The notes beneath the pieces are model-generated. The model was not told the origin of the DNA and searched no databases. It was given only the letters and a program-made list of their open reading frames with translations. A stretch of DNA of 64,000 nt from Eledone cirrhosa. Taxonomy: Eukaryota. Positions 24,025 through 37,199 of this stretch are shown piece after piece (position 1 is the stretch's first letter; each line of letters opens with the position of its first letter). The stretch covers positions 153,078,001 through 153,142,000 of the forward strand of contig OZ024743.1 in NCBI GenBank assembly GCA_964016885.1, given 5' to 3'. Position numbers and translations under genes: made by a program.

Positions 24025-25577
24025 ATCATCATCATCATCATCATCGTTTAACGGACATCTTCCACGCTAGCATGGGTCTGGACGGGAATTGTCCCACTTG
24101 AGGCAAGATTGGTTGTCTTGCGGGTTTTCTACGGCTGGATGCCCTTCCTAACACCAACCGCGTTTACAGTGTGGACTGGGAGGTTTTTACCGTGTTACCT
24201 ACACGGCCACATTACAGCGTGGACTGTGTGTTTTTTTTGTTGTGACACCTACACAACCTCATTTATTTCGGACTGGATGTTTTGGTACCAACATAGCTTT
24301 ACATCGAAAGGGGTGGTGTAGATGGTGGTGGGGGTAGGGGTAGTGGCACGGGGGTGTATTTTGGTTAAGAGGTGCCTGCTGATTGTAGGTTTCGCTTTGT
24401 ACTTAGGCAAGGCGGGTCTTCTGTATTACTATGTAGCACCAAAGATCTTGGTCCAGTGACATTGTCTTGGAGAGGTGTAAGTGTGTGAGGTCGGATTTTA
24501 TCAAGTCGTCCCAAGTTTTTCTGGGTCTGCCTACTCCGTAGCTACCGTCTATTTTGATCGCCCTGCACTTTTTTATACAGCTGTCATCTTTCATGCGCAT
24601 CACGTGACCATACCAACGTAGTCTTCTCTCGAGTAAACAGCATCTGATCCCTCTTATTCCTAATTTCTCACTTGGTTCATTTATGCTTTGCCGTTCGCGT
24701 ATATTACTATTACACATCCAATGGAGCATGCAAGCTTCGTTCCTTTCCAGTCTGCGTAGATCCTCTGCACACAAGGCCCATGTCTCACTGCCATGTAACA
24801 TCGCTGTTCGTATGCAGGCATCATACAACCTGCCTTTTATTTTTAGAGAGAAGCCTTTAGCGGCCAATAGTGGTATAAGCTGTCTGAACTTTTTCAATCC
24901 CAATTCTGACTCTAGCTACTGTACTCTCGGAGCACCCCCCACCACTGCTGATTTTGTCACCCAGGTAACGGAAGGTGTCCACTATTTCTATAGAACCATC
25001 TGGGCAATGGAATGAGCTAGTATTCTGTGGGCATTTGCTGCTACTTATTGCACCAGAGCACCGGCCACATATAAAATCTATATTCTTACTTAGCTTACCT
25101 GTGATCCCACATCTTTTATGCACCTATACTTTGCATTTGGGACATAAAATGGAGTTTCTGCCTACTCCTTTCCTACACACTGAGCATGGCCATTTCCCAG
25201 ATGGGACCAGTGCCCTATTCTCCTTACTACATATTAGGACTTTAGTCTTAGACAAGGTAACTTTAAGGCCTTTTGATTCTAGGCCATGCTTCCAAGTTTG
25301 GAATTTCTTTTCTATTTCAGCCATTTATTTGGCTATGAGCATCTGCATATAGTTCATCTGCGTATAGAAGTTGCCATGGGCAGCCGGTCTTGAACTCCTC
25401 CGTTATAGCTTAGAGGGCGATAATAAATAGGAGGGGGCTAAGGACGGAGCCCTGATGAACACCAACTTTTACGCTAAACTCTTCACTATATTCGTTGTTA
25501 ATTCTAACCTTGCTGACTGTTTCTTTATACATGGCTTGTATAGCTCTCACAAGCCATTCATCTACACCTAATTTTCT
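24025..25577 (-). mobile_element. RTE-clade LINE, 5'-truncated, same family as 21266-23033
   Basis: ORF pieces 25410-25607, 25124-25324, 24857-25123 and 24403-24903 align residue by residue with the 444-aa ORF; (GAT)n tail at 24025-24045. Confidence 0.95.
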
Positions 25578-25589
25578 ATATATATATAA

Positions 25590-25720
25590 CATCCTCATCA
25601 TCATCATCGTCTAATGTCCATCTTCCATGCTAGCATGGATTGGAAATTTTTGTCCCACTTGAGGCGAGATTGGTCGGGAGACCATGTCTCACTTGTACAG
25701 AACTGTCTCTAGCAGGATTT
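25590..25720 (-). mobile_element. RTE 3' end fragment
   Basis: catcatcgtctaatgtccatcttccatgctagcatgg matches the RTE 3' terminus. Confidence 0.7.
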
Positions 25721-25759
25721 CTTGGAGGAATTTGACCAAAGAATTTTTGAATTTTATGG

Positions 25760-27450
25760 GATCTATTTCTGTTTTAATGTGTTTTGGTGTAATTTTAGAG
25801 AGAGTCTGACCAGTTTAGGTGAAATAATTGTGCCGTAATGTTTTCATGACATGTGAGTTTGATTTTTGTTGTGGGCGGAGAGCATGGGACCCAAGCTTTA
25901 GTTATACTTTAAAGATAATGCCAACATCATTTGCGCAATGCTAATGAAATATTTTCTACATCATGCAGATAATGTAGTGCTCACAGTGACATTTTCTAAT
26001 CGACCCCAATAGTCAAGGCCTGTTATGGTGTCTATCGTTTTTATGATTGACTTTTGAGATGCTTTAATTTTCATTATTTGTTTCATGTCGAATGACCAAC
26101 AGTATTCAAGGTGGGGTCAGGCAAAAGTAGAGAAAAGGATAATGGTGTGGATATCTTTCGGCTAGAATGTTCTGAGAATACAGGAACACATCTTGTGGGC
26201 CGAATCAAGTTTGCTGTTTATGAGTGGCCCAGCTTATATTATTATCAACAATTATTCTCAGGAATCTGATGTTGTTTGATACCATGAGCATTTCATCTGA
26301 GGGAAGGGAACATGAGAGTTTCAGTGCATCTTCTTTTTGAAAGGGGCTTAATTCAAATTTATCCTTGTTCAGCAGCATATTGTTTTTTCCATCCATTGCA
26401 TAAGTGCAAGTAGATCTGTTTGAAAGCATGTCCTGTTTTCCACTCCATTGATGATTTTCTAGAGCTCTGAATCATCTGCAAAGATTCTTATGTTCCTGTG
26501 CTTGATGACATCAATAATGTCATTGATATAGATAATGAAAAGAAGTGAACCCAACACAATGCCTTGTGGAACACCACTACTGACTTTAGCTGGGCTTGAT
26601 TGTACCCCTTCAACTACAACATGTTAGTATTTGTTTGTCAGGAAACACTTGATTCATTGCAATAACTTTCCAGAGACACCAATTTTGGATAGGTTTTTCA
26701 GTAGAATGTTGTGATCAACTCTGTTAAAGGCCTTACAGAAATCAAGGTATATGACATCAGTGTTGGAGCACAATCCCAAAGCTCATAAAATTCATCAAAG
26801 TGATACAGTAGCTGCATTAGGTAATCCCTTCCATTATGGAACCCATGTTCTTTGGAGTTCAACAGATTGCTGCTTTCAAGGAAATGATATAAGGGGTGAG
26901 ATCAAATGGTAATTCCCTGCCAAGGCCTTGTTTGCTCTTTTTGAAAACTGGGATAGAAAGTTTTCAGATATATAGTCCAGTGTGTTCCTCCACAGATTAG
27001 CTAGAGGAAATGCAAGTTGGTATTAACTCACCTTCAGTACTCTTGCAGGGAAACTATTGGGGTCTACTGCTGAGTTGTGTTTAATTTCGTTTATTGCCAC
27101 TAAGCTATCGGGGGCGCCAAACGTTATGTCAGATATAGTGTGTTGGGGATTAACATCACTGATACAGCCCAGATAAGCCATATCAGGATTGCTGAAAACA
27201 GAGCAGTATTGTTTCTGCAGTATCTCACCCATGGTTTTAGCATTGTCTTGGAGAGTGTCATTTTCATCAATCAGAGGACCAACAGTGGCGGCAGTGACCT
27301 TGTGTTTTTTCATAAAAGAAAAGAACACTTTGAGTTTAATTTTCTCAATGGCCCGTTTCTCCTCAGCTCTTTTTTGGTTACTGATGATGGTCTTCATGCA
27401 GAGTTGGAGGTTATATATTTTTTTATTAGAGCAATGTGATAACAATCAAA
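25760..27450 (-). mobile_element. CR1/L2-type LINE RT fragment, degenerate
   Basis: Minus-strand motifs YLDFCKAFNRVDH, SGVPQGIVLGSLLFIIYIND and IFADD; ORF 27023-27445 has a VGPL..E.LQKQYCSVFS linker. Confidence 0.85.
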
Positions 27451-27689
27451 TGTGTGTTACTGTTGGCAGTATTTTAGTTTGTTGATTTTGTTTTGTTTGT
27501 TCTTTTTATTTTTATAGCAATATTTTTTTCTGTTTTGGGGGATTCTACACTGAGTTTTGTTCATAGATCTTGTATATACATACACACACACGCGCACACA
27601 CATTATATATATATATATATATACACTTTTACTCTTCTACCTGATCCAGCCATCAATATATATGTGTATATATGCGCATATATATATAT

Positions 27690-28212
27690 AGTTGGCATGG
27701 CAATAAAGTCTTTAGAATAGTAGGCTGTGTGCTGCATATAGCAGTAAATGTAGTTAATATTAGTTGGAATTTGAACTTTGTTGTACGTGTTTGATACTCT
27801 GTAAAAATGCTGTATTTTGTCACAGGCCTATGCATAACTATTTTGCTGTCATTCTTGTGAGTTTATAATACACATATCGAACTGCTCAATCCACAAAAGG
27901 AGCAGAAAAGTGGCAATGATCAAATAATCACACAATGGTCCTGACTTAAATTTGTGCAATTGTTGGGTGTTATTAAAGCAGCATCTTTGAAAATTTGTTT
28001 TCACTTCATAGAAAAGGTGGTAGATGAATCATTGCACTTGTTTCGACAATTGCTGAAGAAATTATTCCAGAGAAAGTTAAATGCTTTGCATAAGCACTGT
28101 AAAGATGTTATTGCCTTCATTGGAGATTATGTTTTACAGAATAAATAAATTTTAGTTTCAATATGTTGTGCATTTTAAATAGTTATTATAAAGACTTTAT
28201 TGCCATGTCAAA
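27690..28212 (+). mobile_element. Non-autonomous Tc1/mariner element
   Basis: TIRs gttggcatggcaataaagtcttta / taaagactttattgccatgtcaaa flanked by TA; decayed transposase C-terminus ending IGDYV. Confidence 0.8.
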
Positions 28213-28614
28213 TATATATGATATACAGATAAAAACAATAAAGGGTCCAGTGATCTGAAAGTGTGACCAGGTGGAGGTTCAGATGGGGTCAGAGTAAACC
28301 CAATTCCATAGTGAAGATCTAAAGAAGGTATCCAATGGATTTATGTATGTATACATTTATATATATAATTTAGAATAAACCGTTTTTGAATACGGAAACT
28401 AATAAAGAAGTTATTCAGCTCATAGATATTTACGTATATTTATGTGTATATATGTGTATGTGTGTGTGTGTGTGTATATATGGGCAAGATTGATTATAGG
28501 TATATGTATGTGTTATATGTGGGTATTTTTGTGTATATGTATGTGTGTGTGTGTATATAATGTAATTTATATAAATGGTTTCCCCTTTTTAAAATGTTTA
28601 TATATATTTATATA

Positions 28615-29250
28615 TCATCATCATTATCATTTTACGTCCGTTCTTCCACGCTAACATGGGTTAGATGGGTTGTCCTGTTGTGGGCAGTGTCCAGTCGGTT
28701 GACCTTGTCTTGCTCATATGGGAACTGATTCTGGCTTGATTTCTACAGCTGGATGCCCTTCCTAACACCAACCTCATTTACAGTGAGTGCTGGGTGCTTT
28801 TTTTTCCATGGTGCCTACATATCCACTCAACAGGTGTGGTCTGCGTGCTTTTTTGCCGTGGCACCTCCATGACCACTTTGCAGTGGGAGGGGTTGGGGGC
28901 ATATTGTTTATATGCATCAGCTTCAGCTTGTACCCGTGGGTAGTCGCTTTTTCTGTATTACTGTATGACGCCAGCGGTCAGGGTCATGTGTCATCGCCCT
29001 TGAGACGTGTAATTGGGTAAGGTCGGCTTTTATCACCTCATCCCAGGTCTTCTTGGGTCTCCCCACTCCGTGGCTTCCATCGACTTCTAATGCTCTGTAC
29101 CTTTTTATGCAGCTGTCATCCTTCATACGCATCACATATCCATACCAACGCAACCTGCACACAACATTTGATTCCTCTTATGCTCAATCTCTCAATTTGT
29201 TTATGCTTTGCCGTTTGCATATATTACTATTACACATCCATCGGAGCATA
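28615..29250 (-). mobile_element. RTE LINE 3' fragment
   Basis: RLRWYGYVMRMKDDSCIKR..GRPKKTWDEVIKADL plus 3' UTR and (GAT)n. Confidence 0.9.
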
Positions 29251-30401
29251 TATATATATACATATATATCTGGATATGTAGGTTTTTTTAAGGAAAACTT
29301 TGTTAGGGTACATAGCTCAAATTTCTACCAAATTTTGTTTGTTTAAATGTTTATTGAAAATCGTTGATGTATTTTACATTCGTGTGAGTACCTTTTTCAA
29401 TACTGATATAGTTTATATCCAAATGTAAACATCCACCGGTGGTATAAACCCCTGTGCAAATTAATTGAAGATGTAAAAATCATTTGTTCATATAATTAAT
29501 TAACTAAAAATATAATTAATTATGTCTTATGAGATGGAAGAAACGTGCAGAAATTAATATATAAGATAATTCTCTGGTAATGATACATAGTTCTAATCAA
29601 CAGCCTCCTGAAAAAAGAAAAACAAAGAAAGAAAAAAGGAGAGAGGAAGAGAAAACAAGAAAAACTTGACTTGTAAGAATTCATGAAATTAGAATGAAGT
29701 TTGTCACTGCAGCTAATTGAGAATGAAGTTGATGGCTAATTCTATTTTATTCTCATCCTTATTCTGTACCAAAAGGAGATCTTCCAGTACATGGTTTAGC
29801 TTGATAGCTGTTCAGTTGGAGTGCCACGACTGAGCAGGAGGGAAGGCAGGGCAGAAGAGAGGGAATAACATTTCGAACTTTATCATTGACTTTGCCTTTC
29901 AGTCAAGCATTGCACACTAACAATTTATTCATTATTACTATTTTTATTCTTATATAATTATTTTAAAATTTTTTCATTCCTTCTTAATTCATTTATTTAT
30001 TGAGTCATTCTTTGTCTCTACTCCCCCTTATTTTAAATATTTTCCTTTACTTACCCCTTCCACCTCCCCATGTCATCTGATCATGCATTTAGGTATCCAG
30101 TTTTAGGAATCTGATTTTCCAAAGGAGGAATAACTCTTTCTTGGCAGGGGATTTTCCCCCTTATTCTTTTTTTACTAACTTACTATAAATGCCACCTTTT
30201 AAAATTTAGGTCTACATACTCTTTTTTTCTTTTGATTATTTCCATTTATGGAAGCCATCCAACTATCTATTTACCTCCTTCTCTCACTCTCACTTCCTAT
30301 CCATTCTTCCTCTTTCTCTATCCTTCCACAGATCTACCAACCACCCACATACTCTCCCTAAATACAATATTTTACTTTCACCTTCAGTGCTCCAGTCAAA
30401 A

Positions 30402-32150
30402 ATGCCAGCCTCTCCTCAGTCTTCTATCCAGCAGGAGGTCAATCAGTGCCACTTGTGTGCCACATTCAACAGATGCTAGAAAGGCAAGAACTGCTCCAAC
30501 TGTAACAGCTTCTTCCACCTTTCTTGTGTCAAACTCACTTGATGCATGTCGAAATCCTTGCATCAGTGGCATTGCCCCCGATGCATATCCCCACTCGATG
30601 CCACAGATAGAAATCAGGTGCCCAGCTCAACAGAGACCTGAACTTGCTTGTCCTGGATGAGTGAGGCCCTAGTGGCAATCTTCCACCTCAGGCAGTCATG
30701 GAGGTTCATCATAAGGATCCCAAAAGCTACCCATACTCTCGTGGCTGAAGCACTAACATTGTCTATCAATCAACACTAGACCAAACTGTTCATTGTTGCA
30801 ACCCTCACATTCGGGATCCCAATGGCAGGAACCCAACAGTGGGGGAGTGATCAGGCCTCTCCCTGACTTCAAGGCTCAAGGGCAATATAGCTTCCTTGTG
30901 TTGCCCACCAGTGAGAACATAGTAGCTGCCTTGAGATCCTTCACAGGGAACAGCAGTGGCAAAGTGGATGGCCTGCACCCCAACCACCTCAAAGACAACG
31001 TCACACCACACACTGCTGAGACTGGAGTATGATTGCTCTAGCCGACCATAGCCTTCACCAACTTTCTTCTCCATGCCAACTTGCCCTGCCATGTCCATTA
31101 TCTTTTCTTGTTAGCTAGTCTGACCACTCTTAGGAAGCATGATGGAGGCGTCTGTCCTATTGCAGTGGGCAATGTCTTCCAATGAGTTGCAGTGCAAGTC
31201 AGTCAAAAATGATTTGAGCAAAGCGCTAAGCCATGACCAGCTTTTAGTGGGAGTCATGTGTAGATGCAAGGTGGCAGCTCATGCAGACAGACACTTTACA
31301 GAGCTCACACATCATTTGTTACCCCATCTCTTTGTGAAGCTGAACATGAAAAATGCTTTCAAAAGAATCTCTCATGCTCAGCTTCACAAAAGGAGACCAA
31401 CTCAGCTCACTCATCTTTGCGCTGGCAATTGATGATGTTGCCCACTCTGCCCTGTTGTTCTTCAATGTCTGGTACCTGGATGATGCGATTCTGAGTGGCT
31501 TGATTTAGATAGTAGTTGAGGATTTGGGGGTATTCATCCCAGCTCTAAAGCTCCTTGGACTTGAGATCAACTTACTTAAGTGTGAGGTGATAAATGTTAA
31601 CTATGGAGGGGTTGAAATGCACAAGGCCATAATCAGCGTCCATCCCATCTTGCCCGGAGCTTGGCTTACACACAAAGATGCGGCCTGCATTCTTGACTCT
31701 CTAATTCTCTCGAAAGCCATACAAGAGTGCCTGGAGACCAAGCACGCAAATAATGGCAGAGGGGCATGACCTCATTGACACACACCTGGTTCTATTCCTC
31801 CTGGAACAGGCAAAAGGTCAATGGCGTCAGCCTCTGATTCACTTCAGATCTGGCACTACTGGCGTACTTCTCATCATGCCCCTACAGTCACCCCCCCCCC
31901 CTAGATGTGGCCCTAGACTGGAAAACAAATGTCTCACTATCTCCCAGTATACAGATGTCCAACTTAACTGGAGCAGCATCAAGTGCAGGTCTTCATCCTA
32001 GTGGATAGAGTCTGGCTTGGACCAACACAACCTCACCTGCCTCAGTGACATATTAAGAAGGCGCTTGAATGCAGTTGGCTTTCCATCACAACTGGAGCCA
32101 GAGGCCTCAACGACAGGGATGGAATTACCCTCTTCCCATTCGAAGGAGCT
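30402..32150 (+). pseudogene. Degenerate CRE-clade non-LTR retrotransposon with an N-terminal PHD-like finger
   Basis: Manual translation across frames: CHLC..CSNCNSFFHLSC..WHCPRC; RIPKA; ALRSF..SSG.VDGL.P.HLKD; K.DGGVCPIAVG; KLNMKNAF; WYLDD; LGLEINLLKCE; LSDILRRRL..GFP..LEP..DGITLFPF. Confidence 0.8.
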
Positions 32151-32340
32151 ACCATATAACCTAGAGTACATTTGGAGCCTAAAAACATCTCTCAAAAACC
32201 ATATACATATTCTAGTTCATACATACCCATATATTTATACATGCCCATGTGCTCACACATATATACTTACATATACATATACATACAAAACATACATGTA
32301 TATATATATATATATGTGTGTATGTATATGTATATATATA

Positions 32341-33146
32341 TACAATATGTTGAAAATGTAACACACTCGAGAGAGAGTGTCCCATCAATAAAACAGGGAA
32401 AACCACCAGTGTATGGAATCTATAACCTATGGAAGGCAGGGTAGACACACAATAATTAAAAATATAAATTAAAATGTATATACGCACCTCTATAACTATA
32501 TAATACATGCGTACAAATCCAAAGAGATCTGTTTCGCCAGGAAGTTGTTGACTGAAATGGAATAGCCCATCGTTCATCAGTGCATGCAAGACTATACATT
32601 TCAGACAATTCTAAGAGAAGCTAAAGCGTCCGTCCAGCTACATGCGGCAGAGAGATGTCACAGCGTGTTTAGGGCAGTGAACCAGTGGTGTCTGAGGGAG
32701 AAGCTGCTAGAAAAGGCAGCCCAAAAACCAATCGAAGTGTGCTCAACCAAACAGAGAGAGCGAAATATCACGATAAATTAACGGAGCCATAGACTCTCAT
32801 TATTTCCTGTCAATAATGTGCTCAAAGGAAAAGGAATGTTGAGCTCTTTAAAATACAATATGTTGAAAAGGTAACACACCAAAGAGACAGTGTGCCATCA
32901 ATAAAACAGGGAAAACCACCAGTGTATGGAATCTATACTCTTTATATTTTTAATGATTGTGTCTACCCTGCCTTCCATAGAGTATAGATTCCATACACTG
33001 GTGGTTTTCCCTGTTTTATTGATGGCACACTCTCTCTCTAGTGTGTTACTTTTCAACATATTGTATTTTAAAGAGTTCAGGATTCCTTTTCCTTTGAGCA
33101 TATTATTGACAGGGAATAACGAGAGTCTATGGCTCCGTTAATTTAA
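32341..33146 (-). mobile_element. 513-bp non-coding hammerhead unit (about 1.2 copies) plus an inverted junction-spanning copy
   Basis: Direct repeats from 32341 and 32854 (offset 513); 32941-33146 is the reverse complement of 32775-32940 continued by about 32428-32468; TA tracts on both sides. Confidence 0.75.
32506..32586 (-). ncRNA. Type I hammerhead motif (core intact, stem bases decayed)
   Basis: Minus strand: catgca CTGATGA ac...gc GAAA cagatct cttt ggatttg TA cgcatg; triplet GUA; A.C mismatches at the bases of stems I and II. Confidence 0.7.
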
Positions 33147-33150
33147 TGTG

Positions 33151-33240
<90 letters not shown>

Positions 33241-33249
33241 ATATATATA

Positions 33250-33665
33250 GTAGTTCTAAACAATTTAATTTAATTTTATAATAATATAATTTTAAAATTT
33301 GGTTTTGTAGATCTAGTAATTTCTTTGTTAACACCAGTGGAGAGATATTTAAAGATTCCTGGTTAACTCTACGGGGGAACTTCATTAGTAGGTGGCAGTT
33401 GTCAAACTGATCTCATGTTGTGTTGTGATATTTGACTCTCTATATAAGAGATTTGGGTGTGCCGGGTGAGGGGGTGGGGGTAATGTGTGTATACATCTAT
33501 ATATATGTGTATATGTATATATACCTACTAATGAAATTCCCCAGTAGAGTTAACCAGGAATCTTTAAATATCTCTCCACTGATGTTAACAAAGAAATTAC
33601 TAGATCTACAAAACCAAATTTTAAAATTATATTATTATAAAATTAAATTAAATTGTTTAGAACTA
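33250..33665. repeat. About 143-bp inverted repeat with about 128-bp spacer
   Basis: 33250-33393 is the reverse complement of 33522-33665 with few mismatches. Confidence 0.9.
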
Positions 33666-33789
33666 CAAGTGAAGTCATTCTTTTCCCTTTTCTAAATATA
33701 CATATATCTATGTATGTAGGTATGAATATATATATAAATATATATATATATATACACATATAATATGTATAATAAGAGAGGGCCCATGA

Positions 33790-36368
33790 GTTTAGTAAGA
33801 CATCCTCTCTAGTGTTGGTGGCATGAATAAAAGCACCCAGTCCATGCTGTAAAGTGGCACTGGTGTTAGGAAGGGCATCCAACCAGTGTATCAATGCCAA
33901 AACAATTATGAGCACGGCAACAAATATATATCGCAAAAACTGCGTAAACAGCAATACCACTAACCATGTTAGGGCTGCGCACGGTAGTGGGGTGGCTGGT
34001 GCGGCCATGTGCGAGAACCCCCCGACCGTCTTCAAGCAATCGCACTACAGGAAAAGGAACAACAAAAATATGAGGACGTCGCATCTCAGAGTTGCTACAC
34101 TTAATGTTGGCACTCTAACAGGTAGATCTGGTGAAATAGCGGAGATGTTGGAGAGAAGGCATGTGGATCTGTGCTGCGTGCAAGAGGTGATATGGAGAGG
34201 TGCCTCTGCAAGACTAATTGCAGGCAAACATCTTAGTTATAAACTTTTCTGGGTAGGTTATGATGATGGGTTAGGGGGAGTAGGCATTTTCCTGGCTGAG
34301 AGATGGATCAACAAGACAATAGAGGTAGTTAGAGTTAATAATAGAATAATGAAGCTTAGTTGTAGGCAGGAGACTACTGACAATCATCTCTGCCTATGCT
34401 CCCCAGGCAGGCCTAGGTAAAGAAGAGAAAGACTGCTTTTATGAGCAACTTTTACAGACAGCTGCAATGACAGAGGACGGAGACATCGTTATGCTAGCAG
34501 GGCACTTCAATGGTCATGTTGGACAGCTCCAGGATGGTTACACTGGGGTACATGGTGGGCACGGGTACGGCTGAAGAAATGAAGAAGGAGTGAGACTTCT
34601 TGAATTTTGTGATGCAAGTACACTGACCATTTTCAACACTAACTTCTAGAAACCTGCCAACCACCTAATAACCTACAAATCAGGTGAGCACATAAGCCAG
34701 ATTGACTTCTTACTAGTTAGGCAGCGGGACAGGCAGATGGTGTCAAATACCAAGGCATACCCTGGGTAAGAATGTACCCCACAGCATAGGTTAGTCGTTA
34801 GTGATATCTCAGTAAGCAAGAGACAGAATGAGACACGCATCATCAATCAAGCTATATATAGTCATACCAAAAGACTGGTGCAGTAATATTGTCATAAATT
34901 GCTACAAAGGTAAAGGGGATGCTCTGGAGAGGAGCAATTATAGGGGTATTAAACTGATGGATCAGGTTATGAAAGTGGCAGAAACGGTCAAACTAGATGT
35001 GATGCAGTTTGGTTTTGTGCCTGGGAAGAGTACAACAGATGCCCTCTTCTTGGTGAGACAATTACAAGAGAGGTTGTTAGAGAAGAATAAGCCACTATAA
35101 TTAGCTTTTGTTGACCTAGAGAAGGCCTTTGATAGGGTACCCAGATCTGTCATCTGGTGGTCTCTAAGGAAACTAGGTGTTGAGGAATGGCTTGTGAGGA
35201 CAGTGCAAGCTTTGTACAGAGGTGCTGTAAGTAAAGGAGGGTAGTGAGGAATTCCAGATACAAGTAGGAGCACATCAGGGTTCGGTCCTCAGCCCGCTCT
35301 TGTTTATTATAGTTCTCCAAGCCATAACAGAGGAGTTTAAGACTGGCTGTCCATGGGAACTTCTCTATGCTGACGATCTGGTTCTTATAGCAGAATCAGT
35401 AGAACAGCTAGAGAATAAATTCTGGCTATGGAAACAGCAGTTGGAAGCAAGAGGACTGAGAGTGAACCTAGCTAAGACAAAAGTGTTGATGAGTAGAAAA
35501 GAGGACAAAACTCTGATTCCATCAGGGAAATGGCCATGTTCGATATGTAGGAAAGGAACTAGCATTAATTCTATAAAATGCACACAATGCAGATCCTGGG
35601 TACACAAGAGATGTAGTGGGATAGCAGGCAAACTAACAGGTAGGGAGAAATATGTATACAGTAGATGTACAGGGAAATTAGACAGTAGAAGTCGCATTGA
35701 TAGACACATTTTTCAAATGCAGGCGGGTGCTATAGAAGTGGTGGATAGCTTCCGGTACCTAGGAGATCAGATTAGCATGGGAGGGGGTTTTCCGAGGCCA
35801 TAGTATCTAGAATAAGGACGGGTTGAAAGAAGTTTAGGGAGCTGCTTCCGCTGCTGACGAAGAACGGTTTCTCCCTGCATACAAAAGGCCGGTTATATGA
35901 TGCCTGTGTGAGGAGCGCGATGCTGTATGGTAGTGAGACTTGGGCAGCAACTGCAGAGGATATGCGACGGCTGGAGAGAAATGAGGCAAGCATGCTCCAT
36001 TGGATGTGCAATGTCAATGTGCGTGAACGACGCAGCATGGATGTGTTGAGAGAGAAACTGTGTCTGTGAGGGATAGAATGTAGTGTGTGAGAGAGGAGAC
36101 TGCGGTGGTATGGAGATGTGATGCGCATGGAGGATGACCGATGGGTGAAGAAGTGCCAGGAAATGACAGTTGAAGGAACACGTGGTAGAGGTAGACTATG
36201 AAAAACATGGGCGGAGGTGGTGAGAACAGACCTTAGATCGCTGAAGCTCACGGTGGAGATGACAAAGGACCGTGACAAGTGGAGAGATGCTGTGCTGAAT
36301 AAGATCTGTCCCACCCTTGCAAGCAGGGAAAAGCGGACGTAAAATGATGATGATGAATGATGATGATG
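33790..36368 (+). mobile_element. RTE-clade LINE with 5' region, APE and RT, internally deleted
   Basis: LRVATLNVGTLTG, CCVQE and GGVGI (APE) jump near 34810-34860 to IPKDW..YKGKGD..NYRGIKL; LYADDL; 3' end gcggacgtaaaa(TGA)n. Confidence 0.92.
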
Positions 36369-36693
36369 AATAGAAATTAGTAAATAAATAAATATATTCG
36401 ATTTTGAATTTGTTTCGCGAGCTTTCTTATCTGAAAACATCTGTTGAAACAGATATTGTTATATTTTAGGAGGGTCATGTTGCCAATAAAAACATTAAAA
36501 TCATAAAAACCAAACTAACAAAAGAAATCAGACACACACAGATAGAATATTAACTAACTAGTGACAAGTAAATAAACACATTAAGAAATAAATAAAAACA
36601 CAACACACCCGGATGTAATGCATATGCAAACTAAGAACACAACACACAACACACAAAAACAAAATGGTCTAGGAGAGACACAAAATAAAAACC

Positions 36694-36740
36694 TAGTCTT
36701 TGAGGAGGTCACAGAACGTGTGGAGAAAGTGCTTTGACAA
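36694..36740 (+). ncRNA. Decayed type I hammerhead relic
   Basis: tagtct TTGAGGA gg tcaca gaacg tgtgg a GAAA gtgc TT tgacaa; lies within an element with about 40-bp inverted ends (36453-36494 / 36825-36866). Confidence 0.4.
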
Positions 36741-37050
36741 TATATATAAACAACTTTCCAACCAACCAACTAACAAACCAACCGGAAACGTATAATAAAT
36801 TGAAGTCAAAACCAACAAGTGCATGTGTTTTTATTGGCAGCATGACGCTCCCAAAGTATAACAATAAATAAATAAATATATATATATATATATATTTATA
36901 TGAATTTGAGTATGTGTTGGTTGGTTACCAATGCTTAAGTATGCTGGGTAGAGCACTTAACAAAGTGCTCAGGTGGGTCTGTTTACTCTGGTGTAATTTA
37001 AAAACAATAAGTGTAAGTCAACAGTTTAGAATTAACTTTATTTATTCATA

Positions 37051-37117
37051 TTCGCTGCTATATATATTTCGGTGAGAACCATTATTCAACCGCTATGCCC
37101 TCATCAGACAGCTAGAA
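37051..37117 (-). ncRNA. Type I hammerhead motif, core intact
   Basis: Minus strand: gctgt CTGATGA gg...cc GAAA tatata TA gcagc; palindromic stem III atatatat; stem II imperfect. Confidence 0.65.
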
Positions 37118-37199
37118 CTTGAACAGTGAAACAGAAAAACATGATGATGGAACAAAGTTTACCTCCATTATTTCGCTCCTTTGTTATGCCCTATCCCGA

